DNA of 64,000 nt from Guillardia theta CCMP2712 (Eukaryota > Protista > Cryptophyta). The notes under the pieces are model-generated. The model saw nothing but the letters and a program-made list of their open reading frames with translations. It did not search any database and had not been told where the DNA came from. The position numbers and the translations under genes are program-made. Positions 42,370 to 53,155 of this stretch are shown here, one piece after another (within the stretch, counting starts at the first letter, position 1; each line of letters opens with the position of its first letter). The stretch covers positions 1 through 64,000 of the forward strand of contig NW_005434566.1 in the NCBI RefSeq assembly GCF_000315625.1, given 5' to 3'.

Positions 42370-44158
42370 ATGTGCATGCTCGCGCTTCGCTGACCGCCGG
42401 ATCAGCAGCGTGATATCCTCACCTTGCACAGCCGCAGGACATACTCGCTCCAGTCGCAGGATAGGGTCTTGCAGTCTACCATCTTTGAGTCATTTTCCTG
42501 AGCGAGACCTGAGCCACTCTCCGATGCGAGTCTCGAGCTACTACCCCCTCAAGGCCTTCCCGCACCGCTATGCTCAGATGCTCGACTGCTATCTCCATGG
42601 CATGCCGATCTGCCAGTGTCCGACGGAATGTGATGGATGTCAGCGCGAGCTCGATCCCTCCGTTGCTGCACATCATCTCCAGACCTGCAAACGCCGATCC
42701 TCCAAGCTTCCCACGGCGCATGACAACCTTACTCGTACGATTCGGTCGATGCTGAACGAAGCTGGTCTTCAGAGCGTCATCGATACAGTCGGGGATCCTC
42801 GTTCTCGACGGCAGGTACCCTCCCATCCTCATGACCGCAAGATGAAGGGCGATATCCACATCCCTGGAATCCGCGATCGAGGGTCCGAGCAGTACGAGGG
42901 CTTGATGGCGGACGTGACGTTGGTCCACCCTTACATTGGTAGCTCTGCCGACCTGACCAAGTGGGGGGAGGTCAACCTCGACGCCCTCCATGTTGCAGCG
43001 TCTGAGAAGATTCGCAAACATCGCTCTGCATATGCCATGACTACTCCTCCTCGAGCGTTCATCCCTCTTGCCATCTCGACGGACGGTACCCTGCATCCTG
43101 ACACCCTCCGCTTCATCTGGTATCTGGCGGACATCATTGCTCAGCGCTCGATGCCTCTTGAGGATGCGGCGTTTGGTCGGCACTTCGTGCCTGATGACGG
43201 ACCTGCTGCTGAGGTCTTGGCTCGCAAACGCGCCGCCACCTATCAGCGCCTCACTATGCAGCTGACGCTGGAGGCGCTCTTGTCTGGTGCGAGGCGCATG
43301 ACGCCCTTGCGGGCGCAAGCACTTCTCGAGCCAGAGGACAGCTCCTCCTCGGACTTTGTCGAGTCGCCCGAGGAGGAGTCTTCGCCGGAGGTCTCCGACT
43401 CCGATGGGGGAAACACGTCGAGTGGCCCCGACGATCGGCGCGGAGCTGGCCGCAGGCGTCTCCGTCCCTCACAGTGACGTCGGGTGCCTCCGGAGAGCTC
43501 GACACCACTGGGGTGCTTGCTGCTGGTCCGAGCTCGCCTGCTTCCTCCCCGGCATCGGTCGGGTCACGGGCCGGGCATTGCTGCGGCGTCGCCGCCGTCA
43601 CGGGCCACGTCAGCCACGGGCGGTGTTGGTTTCGGCTACCGCTGACTCGGAGGCTAGCGAGGAGGACTACCTCGAGCGGTACCGTGTTCCTGTGTCCAGC
43701 AGTATTAATGGATTTACTGGCAGAAGGTAAAAAGTGCCTCAAGCAAAACAAAGCCTCCCTCCGTCCGCTGCCCCAGGCGGACCCCCGGGCAACGCCGGCT
43801 CCTTGTCGGCGGCTGCCCTTTCTCCGTCCGCGGTCGCCCGCTTTGTGGCGGCAGCGGACGTCTCGACTGACAGTGGTCAGTCGGCTGCCTCCGGGTATCG
43901 CGTCTAAGGGATGTTATTCCTCCTGCATGCTCCTGCTGCTTGTTGCTTGATTGCCTGACCCTTCGGCTGCTTGTCTGCGCGGCTTCGCGCTTGGGCTGGC
44001 GGTGCCGCGTCTGGGTGCCAGCAGTGCTGGTTCTTTTCGGGCTTGTGTTTTGTGTGTGATTGTGCAGCTTCTCGCTGTGCGCTGTGTGCCAGGAGGTTTA
44101 GCTTGTTCCTGCCGCGTTTGTTTTGCTTGAGGCACTTTTTACCTTCTGCCAGTAAATC
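42370..44158 (+). mobile_element. 5'-truncated retrotransposon copy (zinc knuckle, RLE, 3' UTR)
   Basis: CQCPTECDGC...HHLQTC, AHD, GDI, ADVT, EKIRKH, FIPLAISTDG; ends CCAGTAAATC at 44158; contains an antisense tail insert at 43701-43751. Confidence 0.88.
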
Positions 44159-44713
44159 GGACTCCTTCCCGCACCGCTATGCTCAGATGCTCGACTGCTA
44201 TCTCCATGGCATGCCGATCTGCCAGTGTCCGACGGAATGTGATGGATGTCAGCGCGAGCTCGATCCCTCCGTTGCTGCACATCATCTCCAGACCTGCAAA
44301 CGCCGATCCTCCAAGCTTCCCACGGCGCATGACAACCTATCGGCACGGATGGATTTCATGCTAGTCAGCTCCGAGCGAAGGTTTTTACCCTCAACGAACT
44401 AACAATGGATTGACTGGCAGAAGGTAAAAGAGCTCTCGAAGCTCGGGCTCGTCCAGCATGGCTTCATGTTCAAGACGCTGGTGAGGGCGAGCCATCTCCA
44501 GAAGCTGCGCTTCTTCCTCCAGGGGTCGAGCGTCGCGTCATCGATACAGTTAGAATAGGATTTACAGTGGGGGATCCTCGTTCTCGACGGCAGGTACCCT
44601 CCCATCCTCATGACCGCAAGATGAAGGGCGATATCCACATCCCTGGAATCCGCGATCGAGGGTCTGAGCAGTACGAGGGCTTGATGGCGGACGTGACGTT
44701 GGTCCACCCTTAC

Positions 44714-45181
44714 GACTCGGAGGCTAGCGAGGAGGACTACCTCGAGCGGTACCGTGTTCCTGTGTCCAGCCTCCCTCTGTCCGCTGCCCCAGGCGGACCC
44801 CCGGGCAACGCCGGCTCCTTGTCGGCGGCTGCCCTTTCTCCGTCCGCGGTCGCCCGCTTTGTGGCCGGGCAGCCGCTCGTCTCGACTGACAGTGGTCAGT
44901 CGGCTGCCTCCGGGTATCGCGTCTAAGGGATGTTATTCCTCCTGCATGCTCCTGCTGCTTGTTGCTTGATTGCTTGACCCTTAGGCTGCTTGTCTGCGCG
45001 GCTTCGCGCTTGGGCTGGCGGTGCCGCGTCTGGGTGCCAGCAGTGCTGGTTCTTTTCGGGCTTGTGTTTTGTGTGTGATTGTGCAGCTTCTCGCTGTGCG
45101 CTGTGTGCCAGGAGGTTTAGCTTGTTCCTGCTTTGTTTTGCTTGAGGCACTTTTTACCTTCTGCCAGTAAATCCATTAGGA
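44714..45181 (+). mobile_element. 5'-truncated copy nested in another copy, TSD CCTTAC
   Basis: CCTTAC at 44708-44713 and 45182-45187; the host copy reads GGTCCACCCTTAC|ATTGG elsewhere. Confidence 0.9.
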
Positions 45182-45324
45182 CCTTACATTGGCAGCTCTG
45201 CCGACCTGACCAAGTGGGGGGAAGTCAACCTCGACGCCCTCCATGTTGCAGCGTCTGAGAAGATTCGCAAACATCGCGCTGCATATGCTATGACTACTCC
45301 TCCTCGAGCGTTCATCCCTCTTGC

Positions 45325-45627
45325 AGCCGACTGACAGTGGTCAGTCGGCTGCCTCCGGGTATCGCGTCTAAGGGATTTTCTTCCTCCTGCATGCTCCTGC
45401 TGCTTGTTGCTTGATTGCTTGACCCTTAGGCTGCTTGTCTGCGCGGCTTCGCGCTTGGGCTGGCGGTGCCGCGTCTGGGTGCCAGCAGTGCTGGTTCTTT
45501 TCGGGCTTGTGTTTTGTGTGTGATTGTGCAGCTTCTCGCTGTGCGCTGTGTGCCAGGAGGTTTAGCTTGTTCCTGCTTTGTTTTGCTTGAGGCACTTTTT
45601 ACCTTCTGCCAGTAAATCCTATACTAT
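45325..45627 (+). mobile_element. 5'-truncated copy nested in another copy, TSD CTCTTGC
   Basis: CTCTTGC at 45318-45324 and 45628-45634. Confidence 0.9.
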
Positions 45628-46463
45628 CTCTTGCCATCTCGACGGACGGTACCCTGCATCCTGACACCCTCCGCTTCATCTGGTATCTGGCGGACATCAT
45701 TGCTCAGCGCTCGATGCCTCTTGAGGATGCGGCGTTTGGTCGGCACTTCGTGCCTGATGACGGACCTGCTGCTGAGGTCCTGGCTCGCAAACGCGCCGCC
45801 ACCTATCATCCTTATCAGCGCCTCACTATGCAGCTGACGCTGGAGGCGCTCTTGTCTGGTGCGAGGCGCATGACGCCCTTGCGGGCGCAAGCACTTCTCG
45901 AGCCAGAGGACAGCTCCTCCTCGGACTTTGTCGAGTCGCCCGAGGAGGAGTCTTCGCCGGAGGTCTCCGACTCCGATGGGGGAAACAGGCGTCTCCGTCC
46001 CTCACTGTGACATCGATACAGTGGGGGATCCTCGACGGCAGGTACCGTCCTCCCATCCTCATGACCGCAAGATGAAGGGCGATATCCACATCCCTGGAAT
46101 CCGCGATCGAGGGTCCGAGCAGTACGAGGGCTTGATGGCGGACGTGACGTTGGTCCACCCTTACATTGGCAGCTCTGCCGACCTGACCAAGTGGGGGGAG
46201 GTCAACCTCGACGCCCTCCATGTTGCAGCGTCTGAGAAGATTCGCAAACATCGCTCTGCATATGCCATGACTACTCCTCCTCGAGCGTTCATCCCTCTTG
46301 CCATCTCGACGGACGGTACCCTGTCTCACTATGCAGCTGACGCTGGAGGCGCTCTTGTCTGGTGCGAGGCGCATGACGCCCTTGCGGAATGAATGATGGG
46401 GCTCTCTCCCACTCCGTTTTGGCATCATTCTCATAAGGCCGCTGGCCTTTTTTTAAATCTCGT

Positions 46464-47148
46464 GTATGGCCTTATTTTCTCCTGTGTATTTCTCGCAGCA
46501 CCTCGCAAATTCTCTTACCATTCTCATGTGAAATATTTTTCCGCACCATAATGGTGAGGGATATTTTTGAGAGATCGTGAGAACTCGCATGAGAAAAATG
46601 ATGTAATGTTTCAGTGTGTATTTCTGACACTCTCTTAAAATTGTGTTACCATTCTCGTGTGAAATATTTTTCCGCACCAAAATGGTAAAAGAATTTTTAA
46701 GAAGTTCAGAAAAACTTCGCACGAAAAAAAATAGAGATATTGTGAGACAAATGGCGCAGGGGGCATGATACCACTAATATAAGGATATAAGTATGGCTAA
46801 TATAAGTATGGCCTTTTCTAATATAAGTATGGCCTTATTTTCTCCTGTGTATTTCTCGCAGCACCTCGCAAATTCTCTTACCATTCTCATGTGAAATATT
46901 TTTCCGCACCATAATGGTGAGGGATATTTTTGAGAGATTGTGAGAACTCGCATGAGAAAAATGATGTAATGTTTCAGTGTGTATTTCTGACACTCTCTTA
47001 AAATTGTGTTACCATTCTCGTGTGAAATATTTTTCCGCACCAAAATGGTAAAAGAATTTTTAAGAAGTTCAGAAAAACTTCGCACGAAAAAAAATAGAGA
47101 TATTGTGAGACAAATGGCGCAGGGGGCATGATACCACTAATATAAGGA
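46464..47148. repeat. 322-bp direct repeat x2 (46464-46785, 46827-47148) with internal sub-repeats; putative viral terminal/origin region
   Basis: Near-identical copies with a 363-bp period; each contains TTACCATTCTC(A/G)TGTGAAATATTTTTCCGCACCA twice; the spacer is built of TAATATAAGTATGGC repeats. Confidence 0.9.
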
Positions 47149-47228
47149 CAGTCACATGAGATCAAAAATATATAATGTAATTCGATGTGCTGAGGCGGGC
47201 TTACAAATAAAATATGCGTTATTAATAA

Positions 47229-48038
47229 ATGAAAAACCATTTTTTATTCTCATATGCTGGTAACAAACGTGAAGAGGTAGAGCATATATATTCAAAGATT
47301 AATTTTGAAAATATTGACACAATATGCGAGCCTTTTTGTGGTTCTTGTGCTGTGTCCTATTACATATGGAAGCAATTCCCAACAAAAAGATTTAGGTATG
47401 TTCTAAATGATTTAGACAAGAATTTATATGCGCTTCTTAGCTTGATGAAATCAGGAGATGAAAAGAGGATGGAAGAGATAGAGAAAGAGATAAATGATAT
47501 GGTCAGAGATGCGGATGATGAAATAATTATAACAAAAGAAGAATACAATAAATTCATAAGAAATAAGACACTCGCAGGCTTCATAATGGCTAATAAATAT
47601 TTTAACATGCGTGCTGGTATGTTTCCAGTCAGGGATTATAAGTCCCGTTTCAATAAAAAGTTTAAATTTTCAGATTATCCAATATATGACTTCTTAACAA
47701 CAGAAGACATAACTATCTTAAATAAGGATGGGTGTGAAGTTATACAAGAATATGATAAGGATAATGTCTTTATGTTTCTAGACCCTCCATATATAGCATC
47801 AAATAATAACTTTTATTCAGAGCAAAAGCTTAATATGTATCAATATTTAGTGAAAATAGGTTTTAAGAATTTCAAGAGCAAGATGCTAATATGTCACGAG
47901 AACAATTGGCTTTTCAAGATAATATTCAAAGACTACATAAATGATGAAGAAGAGTACAAAAAGCAATATCAAAACTCTTTACGTAGTGAAGGCAACAAGA
48001 AGAAGACAACAACTCACATATGTATTATGAATTACTAA
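47229..48038 (+). CDS. Dam-like (D12 class, alpha-type) N6-adenine DNA methyltransferase 1
   Basis: FSYAGNK, EPFCGS (SAM-binding), LND, FLDPPY (catalytic); 269 aa. Confidence 0.92.
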   Translation: MKNHFLFSYAGNKREEVEHIYSKINFENIDTICEPFCGSCAVSYYIWKQFPTKRFRYVLNDLDKNLYALLSLMKSGDEKRMEEIEKEINDMVRDADDEIIITKEEYNKFIRNKTLAGFIMANKYFNMRAGMFPVRDYKSRFNKKFKFSDYPIYDFLTTEDITILNKDGCEVIQEYDKDNVFMFLDPPYIASNNNFYSEQKLNMYQYLVKIGFKNFKSKMLICHENNWLFKIIFKDYINDEEEYKKQYQNSLRSEGNKKKTTTHICIMNY

Positions 48039-48059
48039 TAAAATATGCGTTATTAGTAA

Positions 48060-48857
48060 ATGAAAAACCATTTCTTCTTTCCTTACGTTGGTAATAAGAG
48101 AGAAGAGGTTGAGCATATATATTCAAAGATAAATTTTGAAAATATTGACACGATATGCGAGCCTTTCTGTGGGTCTTGTGCTATGTCTTATTACATATGG
48201 AGGCAATTCCCAACAAAAAGATTTAAGTATGTGTTGAATGATACTGACAAGAATTTATATGAGCTTCTAACCCTTGTTAGATCTGGAGATGCTGAGAAGA
48301 TGAAAAAGATTGAGAAAGAGATAAATGATATTATCAGAAACGAGGATGATGAGATTGTGATAACAATTGAACAATATAAAGATTTTATAAAGACCAGTGG
48401 ATTATCCGGTTATATAATGGCTAATACATATTTCAACTTAAAAGCAGCCCTTTTTCCTATCAAAGATCGTTATAAGTCTCGTTTTAGTAAGAAGTTCAAA
48501 TTTTCAAACTGTCCAATGTATGACTTTCTTACATCTGAGGATATAACCATCTTTAACAAGGATGGTTCTGACATCATTGAAGAATATGATAAGGATAATG
48601 TGTTTATGTTTTTAGATCCTCCATATTTAGCTTCTTGTAATAGTTTTTATTCAGAGCAAAAGCTCAATATGTATGAGTACATAATAATGAGAGGCTTAAA
48701 AAATTTTAATAGCAAGATGCTAATGTGTCACGAGAATAATTGGATTTTCAAACTATTATTTAGAGACTACATTAATAGTGATGAGGATGAGTACAAAAAG
48801 CTTTATCTGTTTGGAAGAAAGAAGGCAACAACTCACATATGTATTATGAATTACTAA
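48060..48857 (+). CDS. Dam-like N6-adenine DNA methyltransferase 2 (tandem paralogue)
   Basis: FPYVGNK, EPFCGS, LND, FLDPPY; collinear with MTase 1; 265 aa. Confidence 0.92.
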   Translation: MKNHFFFPYVGNKREEVEHIYSKINFENIDTICEPFCGSCAMSYYIWRQFPTKRFKYVLNDTDKNLYELLTLVRSGDAEKMKKIEKEINDIIRNEDDEIVITIEQYKDFIKTSGLSGYIMANTYFNLKAALFPIKDRYKSRFSKKFKFSNCPMYDFLTSEDITIFNKDGSDIIEEYDKDNVFMFLDPPYLASCNSFYSEQKLNMYEYIIMRGLKNFNSKMLMCHENNWIFKLLFRDYINSDEDEYKKLYLFGRKKATTHICIMNY

Positions 48858-48876
48858 TTTTATAAAGTATTAATAA

Positions 48877-49122
48877 ATGGTTTATCAGCTTTTAGAAGAA
48901 GGGAAAATTTATTATTGCGAGGCCTTAGAAAGACCTTGGACTAGATTTAATGTGCTAGACACAATCGGTGTCAAGCTTACCCCTCCAAAAAAAATGTCAT
49001 GGTATAGTAAATTCAAACAATGGCTTCAAACAGCTGGTCAAAGGCCCTTAGAGAGTGGAACGATAAGAACCACGGGAAGAATATGTACTGTATCCCCAAG
49101 AAGAACACAAGACCATACGTAG
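48877..49122 (+). CDS. Small viral hypothetical protein
   Basis: ATG preceded by TATTAATAAATG, as for MTase 1; its 3' part overlaps the next ORF, so the true end is uncertain. Confidence 0.4.
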   Translation: MVYQLLEEGKIYYCEALERPWTRFNVLDTIGVKLTPPKKMSWYSKFKQWLQTAGQRPLESGTIRTTGRICTVSPRRTQDHT

Positions 49123-49214
49123 AGGTGGTCAAGATCCAAAAAAGGATAGAACAAGGAGAAGGCCCCGCACATCGCACTCGCAGTCATAAAGGGGTTTATG
49201 CTACAAGCATCTAA
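49020..49214 (+). CDS. Small basic viral hypothetical protein (64 aa)
   Basis: AAATG start context; compact basic sequence NSWSKALREWN...YCIPKKNT..Y.EV. Confidence 0.55.
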   Translation: MASNSWSKALREWNDKNHGKNMYCIPKKNTRPYVEVVKIQKRIEQGEGPAHRTRSHKGVYATSI

Positions 49215-49230
49215 AAAGCTTTTATCCCCG

Positions 49231-50025
49231 CTAAAGATCTAATCCATACTCATTCTTAATCTTCACCCATTCACTTCTATATTTATTTGCTTTTTCTTCG
49301 TTCTTCTGCTCCCATTCAGAAAATAACTTCCTACCATCTTTTGCCTCTACAACATTCAACACATCGACATCGTCAAAATTTACCTTGTCTTTATCAAAGA
49401 ATATCACACTGTACCATGTGCCTTCGTTATCTTTGTCTATACGATACACCACACCAATATAAAAACGATGCGAGTACTTTCTTTTGATGAAGGTATCCAC
49501 TGTGATATCTTTTGAATTACGCGGTGGGTTCCTTTTTGGTGCTATGTACTCAATAGGTTTGTTTGACTTATCCATGCCCTTCATGACCTCATAAATCTTA
49601 TCTAGATCCTCATGTTTAAACCACTCATTACCATATTGAGCTGTTGTGACCTCTTTCATCTTTCTTTTAACCTCAAGCTCATATTTTTCTTGCGGTGATC
49701 TAGTTTGATTTGTGTTTTTAACATATTTATACCACACTCTAAGATGTAACACATGAAAATCACCATCATAATAGCGTTCATAATCTGATAATCTTCTTAT
49801 AATCTCAGAAGAACCAATAGAAGAAATACCAAGCTTTATCAAATCACCCTTTCCATTGATTGTTTTGGGTGTTCTTATTATATAAAAAGCCGATGTGTCA
49901 AGATACTTCGCATATGTGTCCTTAAATTCTGACCATTTAATGCCATCCTTGGCATTGAAAACAATTTCACCGGCCTTGCTGCCTCTTGGCTTTTCAACTT
50001 CTGAGACTGTTGATGTGCTGATCAT
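49231..50025 (-). CDS. T5orf172/MUG113-like (GIY-YIG superfamily) domain fused to a C-terminal Tudor-like domain
   Basis: FYII...LIKLGIS...RRLSDY...E...GNEWF pattern; C-terminal FYIGVVYRID....TWYSVIFFDKD. Confidence 0.65.
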   Translation of the reverse strand: MISTSTVSEVEKPRGSKAGEIVFNAKDGIKWSEFKDTYAKYLDTSAFYIIRTPKTINGKGDLIKLGISSIGSSEIIRRLSDYERYYDGDFHVLHLRVWYKYVKNTNQTRSPQEKYELEVKRKMKEVTTAQYGNEWFKHEDLDKIYEVMKGMDKSNKPIEYIAPKRNPPRNSKDITVDTFIKRKYSHRFYIGVVYRIDKDNEGTWYSVIFFDKDKVNFDDVDVLNVVEAKDGRKLFSEWEQKNEEKANKYRSEWVKIKNEYGLDL

Positions 50026-50059
50026 TTAATTTATTTTTATATATTAAAATATAGTCACA

Positions 50060-52407
50060 ATGAGTGGAAACAATATATAAATCAAGTAGATGATTATATA
50101 GGTTCTTTGGGTTCTTCTACTCTGCAGCTGACTATTGAAGACATGCAGGAGCAAATTAACAACATTGAAACAACTCTAGGAACAACCACAGATGGTGGCA
50201 CAGTAAATGACAGCAGCCTCATCGGTAGAATTGAAGGGATCGAGACAACAGTCCAAGACAACACACAGAAACACGAGGCCAACACAACAAGCATCAACAA
50301 TATCAATCAGGTCCTCTCAGCATTTGAGAATTTCGCGGATGGCAACTATGAACAGGCAGCACTAGATCTGACAAACTTCTTTACAACGGTAGATAACAAT
50401 TCACAGCAGATCGCACAGCACGTCACAGATATAGCAGGACTAAAAGCCAGCGATAACCAATTCACTCTGACAATACAAGGCCTAGCAGATCAAGTAACAG
50501 GCCATCAAACAGACATATCGGGAATTCTTGATACAAACGCTAGCCAAGACCAACGCTTTACAGATGTAGCAGCGGACCTCCTAGATCTACAAGGCCAGAT
50601 AGACTTTATCAATAACAGCACAGCAGTGCTCTTTGTAGGGCAAGTTCTTTATGAGATTTTAAAATGGAAATTTGGAGCAGCTATCAATGATTTCACTAAG
50701 AGAGTATGGGATCGCATAAATGGCAAATACAAAGGAGAAGGTGAATATGATCCAGTGGCCGAGGGCGATACTTATAATACATTCACAGGTGATAGCATCC
50801 AAGCCATCCTAGATGAGCTCAATGATATGGCCTCTGTGTATAGATACAATAGCTTAAACAACGCTGCGGGCATCAATGCTGACCCTATCTCAACGTATGG
50901 CACAACAATCTATAAATCTTTATTGCTTTATGGCTTGTCTGATGCCAATATTTACCTTACAGGAGATGTCCATTTTGGTTCATTCAGCACCGCCACAGAC
51001 ATATTTACAACAACCAAGAGCCTAAGCAATTATATGGTTTTGAAGGGAGTTAAATCTAATCATTGCTTGAAAATAAATGATGCTGAACAGCTTCTAGCGC
51101 CTGAAATAGGCAATGAGCTATTATTCTTAGATTTTAACACTGATGATTTTGAGGAGGAGGCAACAACGCATAAATTAAAACTCAAACTATCTCTTGGAAG
51201 TATCATAAAAAAGAATGCTACTGGCGACGCAATTGGAATAGGGACAGACCCAATAGCAACATATATATGCGTGATAGATGGCAAGACAAAAATTCAGGGT
51301 ATCTTAGAGATTAAAGATGGGACAACAACAAATTATAAGAATGTTAATGAATACCTATTCTCGAAGGGAGTGGATACAAACGATGTTCTACACATAGATA
51401 GCACTAATGAGCACATACCGCTCAGATATAATACGGATCATTTTGAGAAGGACGCAACGACATTTCAGCTTGAAAGCAAGTTTGAGAATGCCGGCGTAAT
51501 CAAATATGACACAAGCCAAGTTTTGAAGACTGTTGGCATCCATACAGATCCTATTAGCACTTACCCAACAGCACACAAGGGCGATATATTGTTTCTTGGT
51601 GGAAACATAAAAACAAATGGCAGCATCCAGATAGGCACCTTCAATGGCGGGACAAATACATTCTCAATCATAAAAACAGTAAATGATTATTTAGCTATCA
51701 AGGGGGTCAAGGCCGATCATTGTCTTTCAATAGATGAAACAACAGAAAAATTAGAACTCCTATTCAATACCAATGACTTCTATATTGATAACACGGGAGC
51801 GGCTCCAACTTACAAGCTGAATAGTCAATTAAGCAAGGTGATTGAGTTCAACACCACATCAAGAACGGTTGGCATAGGCACGACAACACAAACAGGGGTC
51901 ACCTGTGTCATAGATGGCAAGACAAAGATACAGGGTGTGTTAGAGATAAAAGATGGGGCAACCACTAATTATAAGGATGTCAATTCATATTTATTTGCTC
52001 AGGGTGTGAAGGATGCGCATTGTTTAAAGATAGATGAAACAACAGAGAAGCTAGAACTCTTGTTCAACGCAGAAGACTTCTATATTGACACCACATCAAC
52101 ACCTCCAACAAATAAGCTTAATCTCAAACTGAATGAGATCTTACAGTTTAACTCGGCAACAAATTTGCTTGGCATTGGCACGGCACCTGTCTCTGGTATG
52201 AAGCTAACAATAAATGGCTCAACTAGGGTTCAAGGCTCATTGTTTATAAGAGAAGGGGCAACAACAAATTACAAAGATGTCAATAATTATTTATTTGCTC
52301 AGGGCTTGGATGCCAACGATGTCCTTTATGTAGATAGCACGGATGATCATTTGAAACTACGATACGATACAGCACATTTTACAAAGGATACAACAACATA
52401 CAAATTA
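50060..52407 (+). pseudogene. Viral fibre/tail-fibre-like protein: N-terminal coiled coil plus ~90-aa repeats; 5' frameshift and 3' truncation
   Basis: Repeats of (I/V/L)GIGT..P......IDGKTKIQG.LEIKDG.TTNYK.VN.YLF..G; ATG at 50060 is 1 nt out of frame with the long ORF; the sequence switches to retroelement DNA at ~52408. Confidence 0.7.
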
Positions 52408-53155
52408 GGCGCAAGCACTTCTCGAGCCAGAGGACAGCTCCTCCTCGGACTTTGTCGAGTCGCCCGAGGAGTCTTCGCCGGAGGTCTCCGACTCCGATGG
52501 GGGACACCCTTCGAGTGGCGCCGACGATCGGCGCGGAGCTGGCGAGGCGTCTCCGTCCCTCACTGTGACGTCGGGTGCCTCCGGAGAGCTCGACACCACT
52601 GGGGTGCTTGCTGCTGGTCCGAGCTCGCCTGCTTCCTCCCCGGCATCGGTCGGGTCACGCCGGTCCTTGGGCATTGCCGCGGCGTCGCCGCCGTCACGGG
52701 CGGCTTCCGCTGACTCGGCTACCGCTGACTCGGAGGCTAGCGAGGAGGACTACCTCGAGCGGTACCGTGTTCCTGTGTCCAGCCTCCCTCCGTCCGCTGC
52801 CCCAGGCGGACCCCCCGGCGGGCAGCACCGGCTCCTTGTCGGCGGCTGCCCTTTCTCCGTCCGCGGCCGCCCGCTTTGTGGCGGCAGCGGACGTCTCGAC
52901 TGACAGTGGTCAGTCGGCTGCCTCCGGGTATCGCGTCTAAGGGATGTTATTCCTCCTGCATGCTCCTGCTGCTTGTTGCTTGATTGCTTGACCCTTAGGC
53001 TGCTTGTCTGCGCGGCTTCGCGCTTGGGCTGGCGATCTTGTGTTTTGTGTGTGATTGTGCAGCTTCTCGCTGTGCGCTGTGTGCCAGGAGGTTTAGCATG
53101 TTCCTGCTTTATTTTGCTTGAGGCCCTTTTTACCTTTCAGTGCCAGTAAATCCAT
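52408..53155 (+). mobile_element. 3' half of the retrotransposon copy interrupted by the viral fragment
   Basis: Starts GGCGCAAGCACTTCTCGAG, continuing ...GACGCCCTTGCGG at 46387; ends CCAGTAAATCCATT. Confidence 0.88.

Larger units (their letters stand above)
46388..52407. mobile_element. AT-rich endogenous viral DNA fragment (virophage/Polinton-like-virus type), partial
   Basis: Sharp drop in GC; intronless, tightly packed ORFs; repeat-rich left end; Dam-like MTases, T5orf172-like and fibre-like genes. No capsid, packaging ATPase, polymerase or integrase seen, so the virus class is inferred. Confidence 0.75.

Noticed and set aside
46453-47240. Duplicated 89-103 aa minus-strand ORFs
   Set aside because: They are translations of the non-coding 322-bp repeat, with non-ATG starts
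47229-50025. Classical restriction-modification operon
   Set aside because: The only nuclease-like gene is a T5orf172-type protein on the opposite strand, with no evidence that it is a cognate restriction enzyme
46388-52407. Complete, integrase-inserted virophage/Polinton, or bacterial contamination
   Set aside because: No capsid, ATPase, polymerase or second terminus and no 5-6 bp TSD. The flanks are collinear halves of one host retroelement, which argues for a real insertion rather than a chimeric join.
50107-52713. 868-aa ORF as one genuine protein
   Set aside because: The last ~100 aa are read-through into retrotransposon DNA after the junction at ~52408
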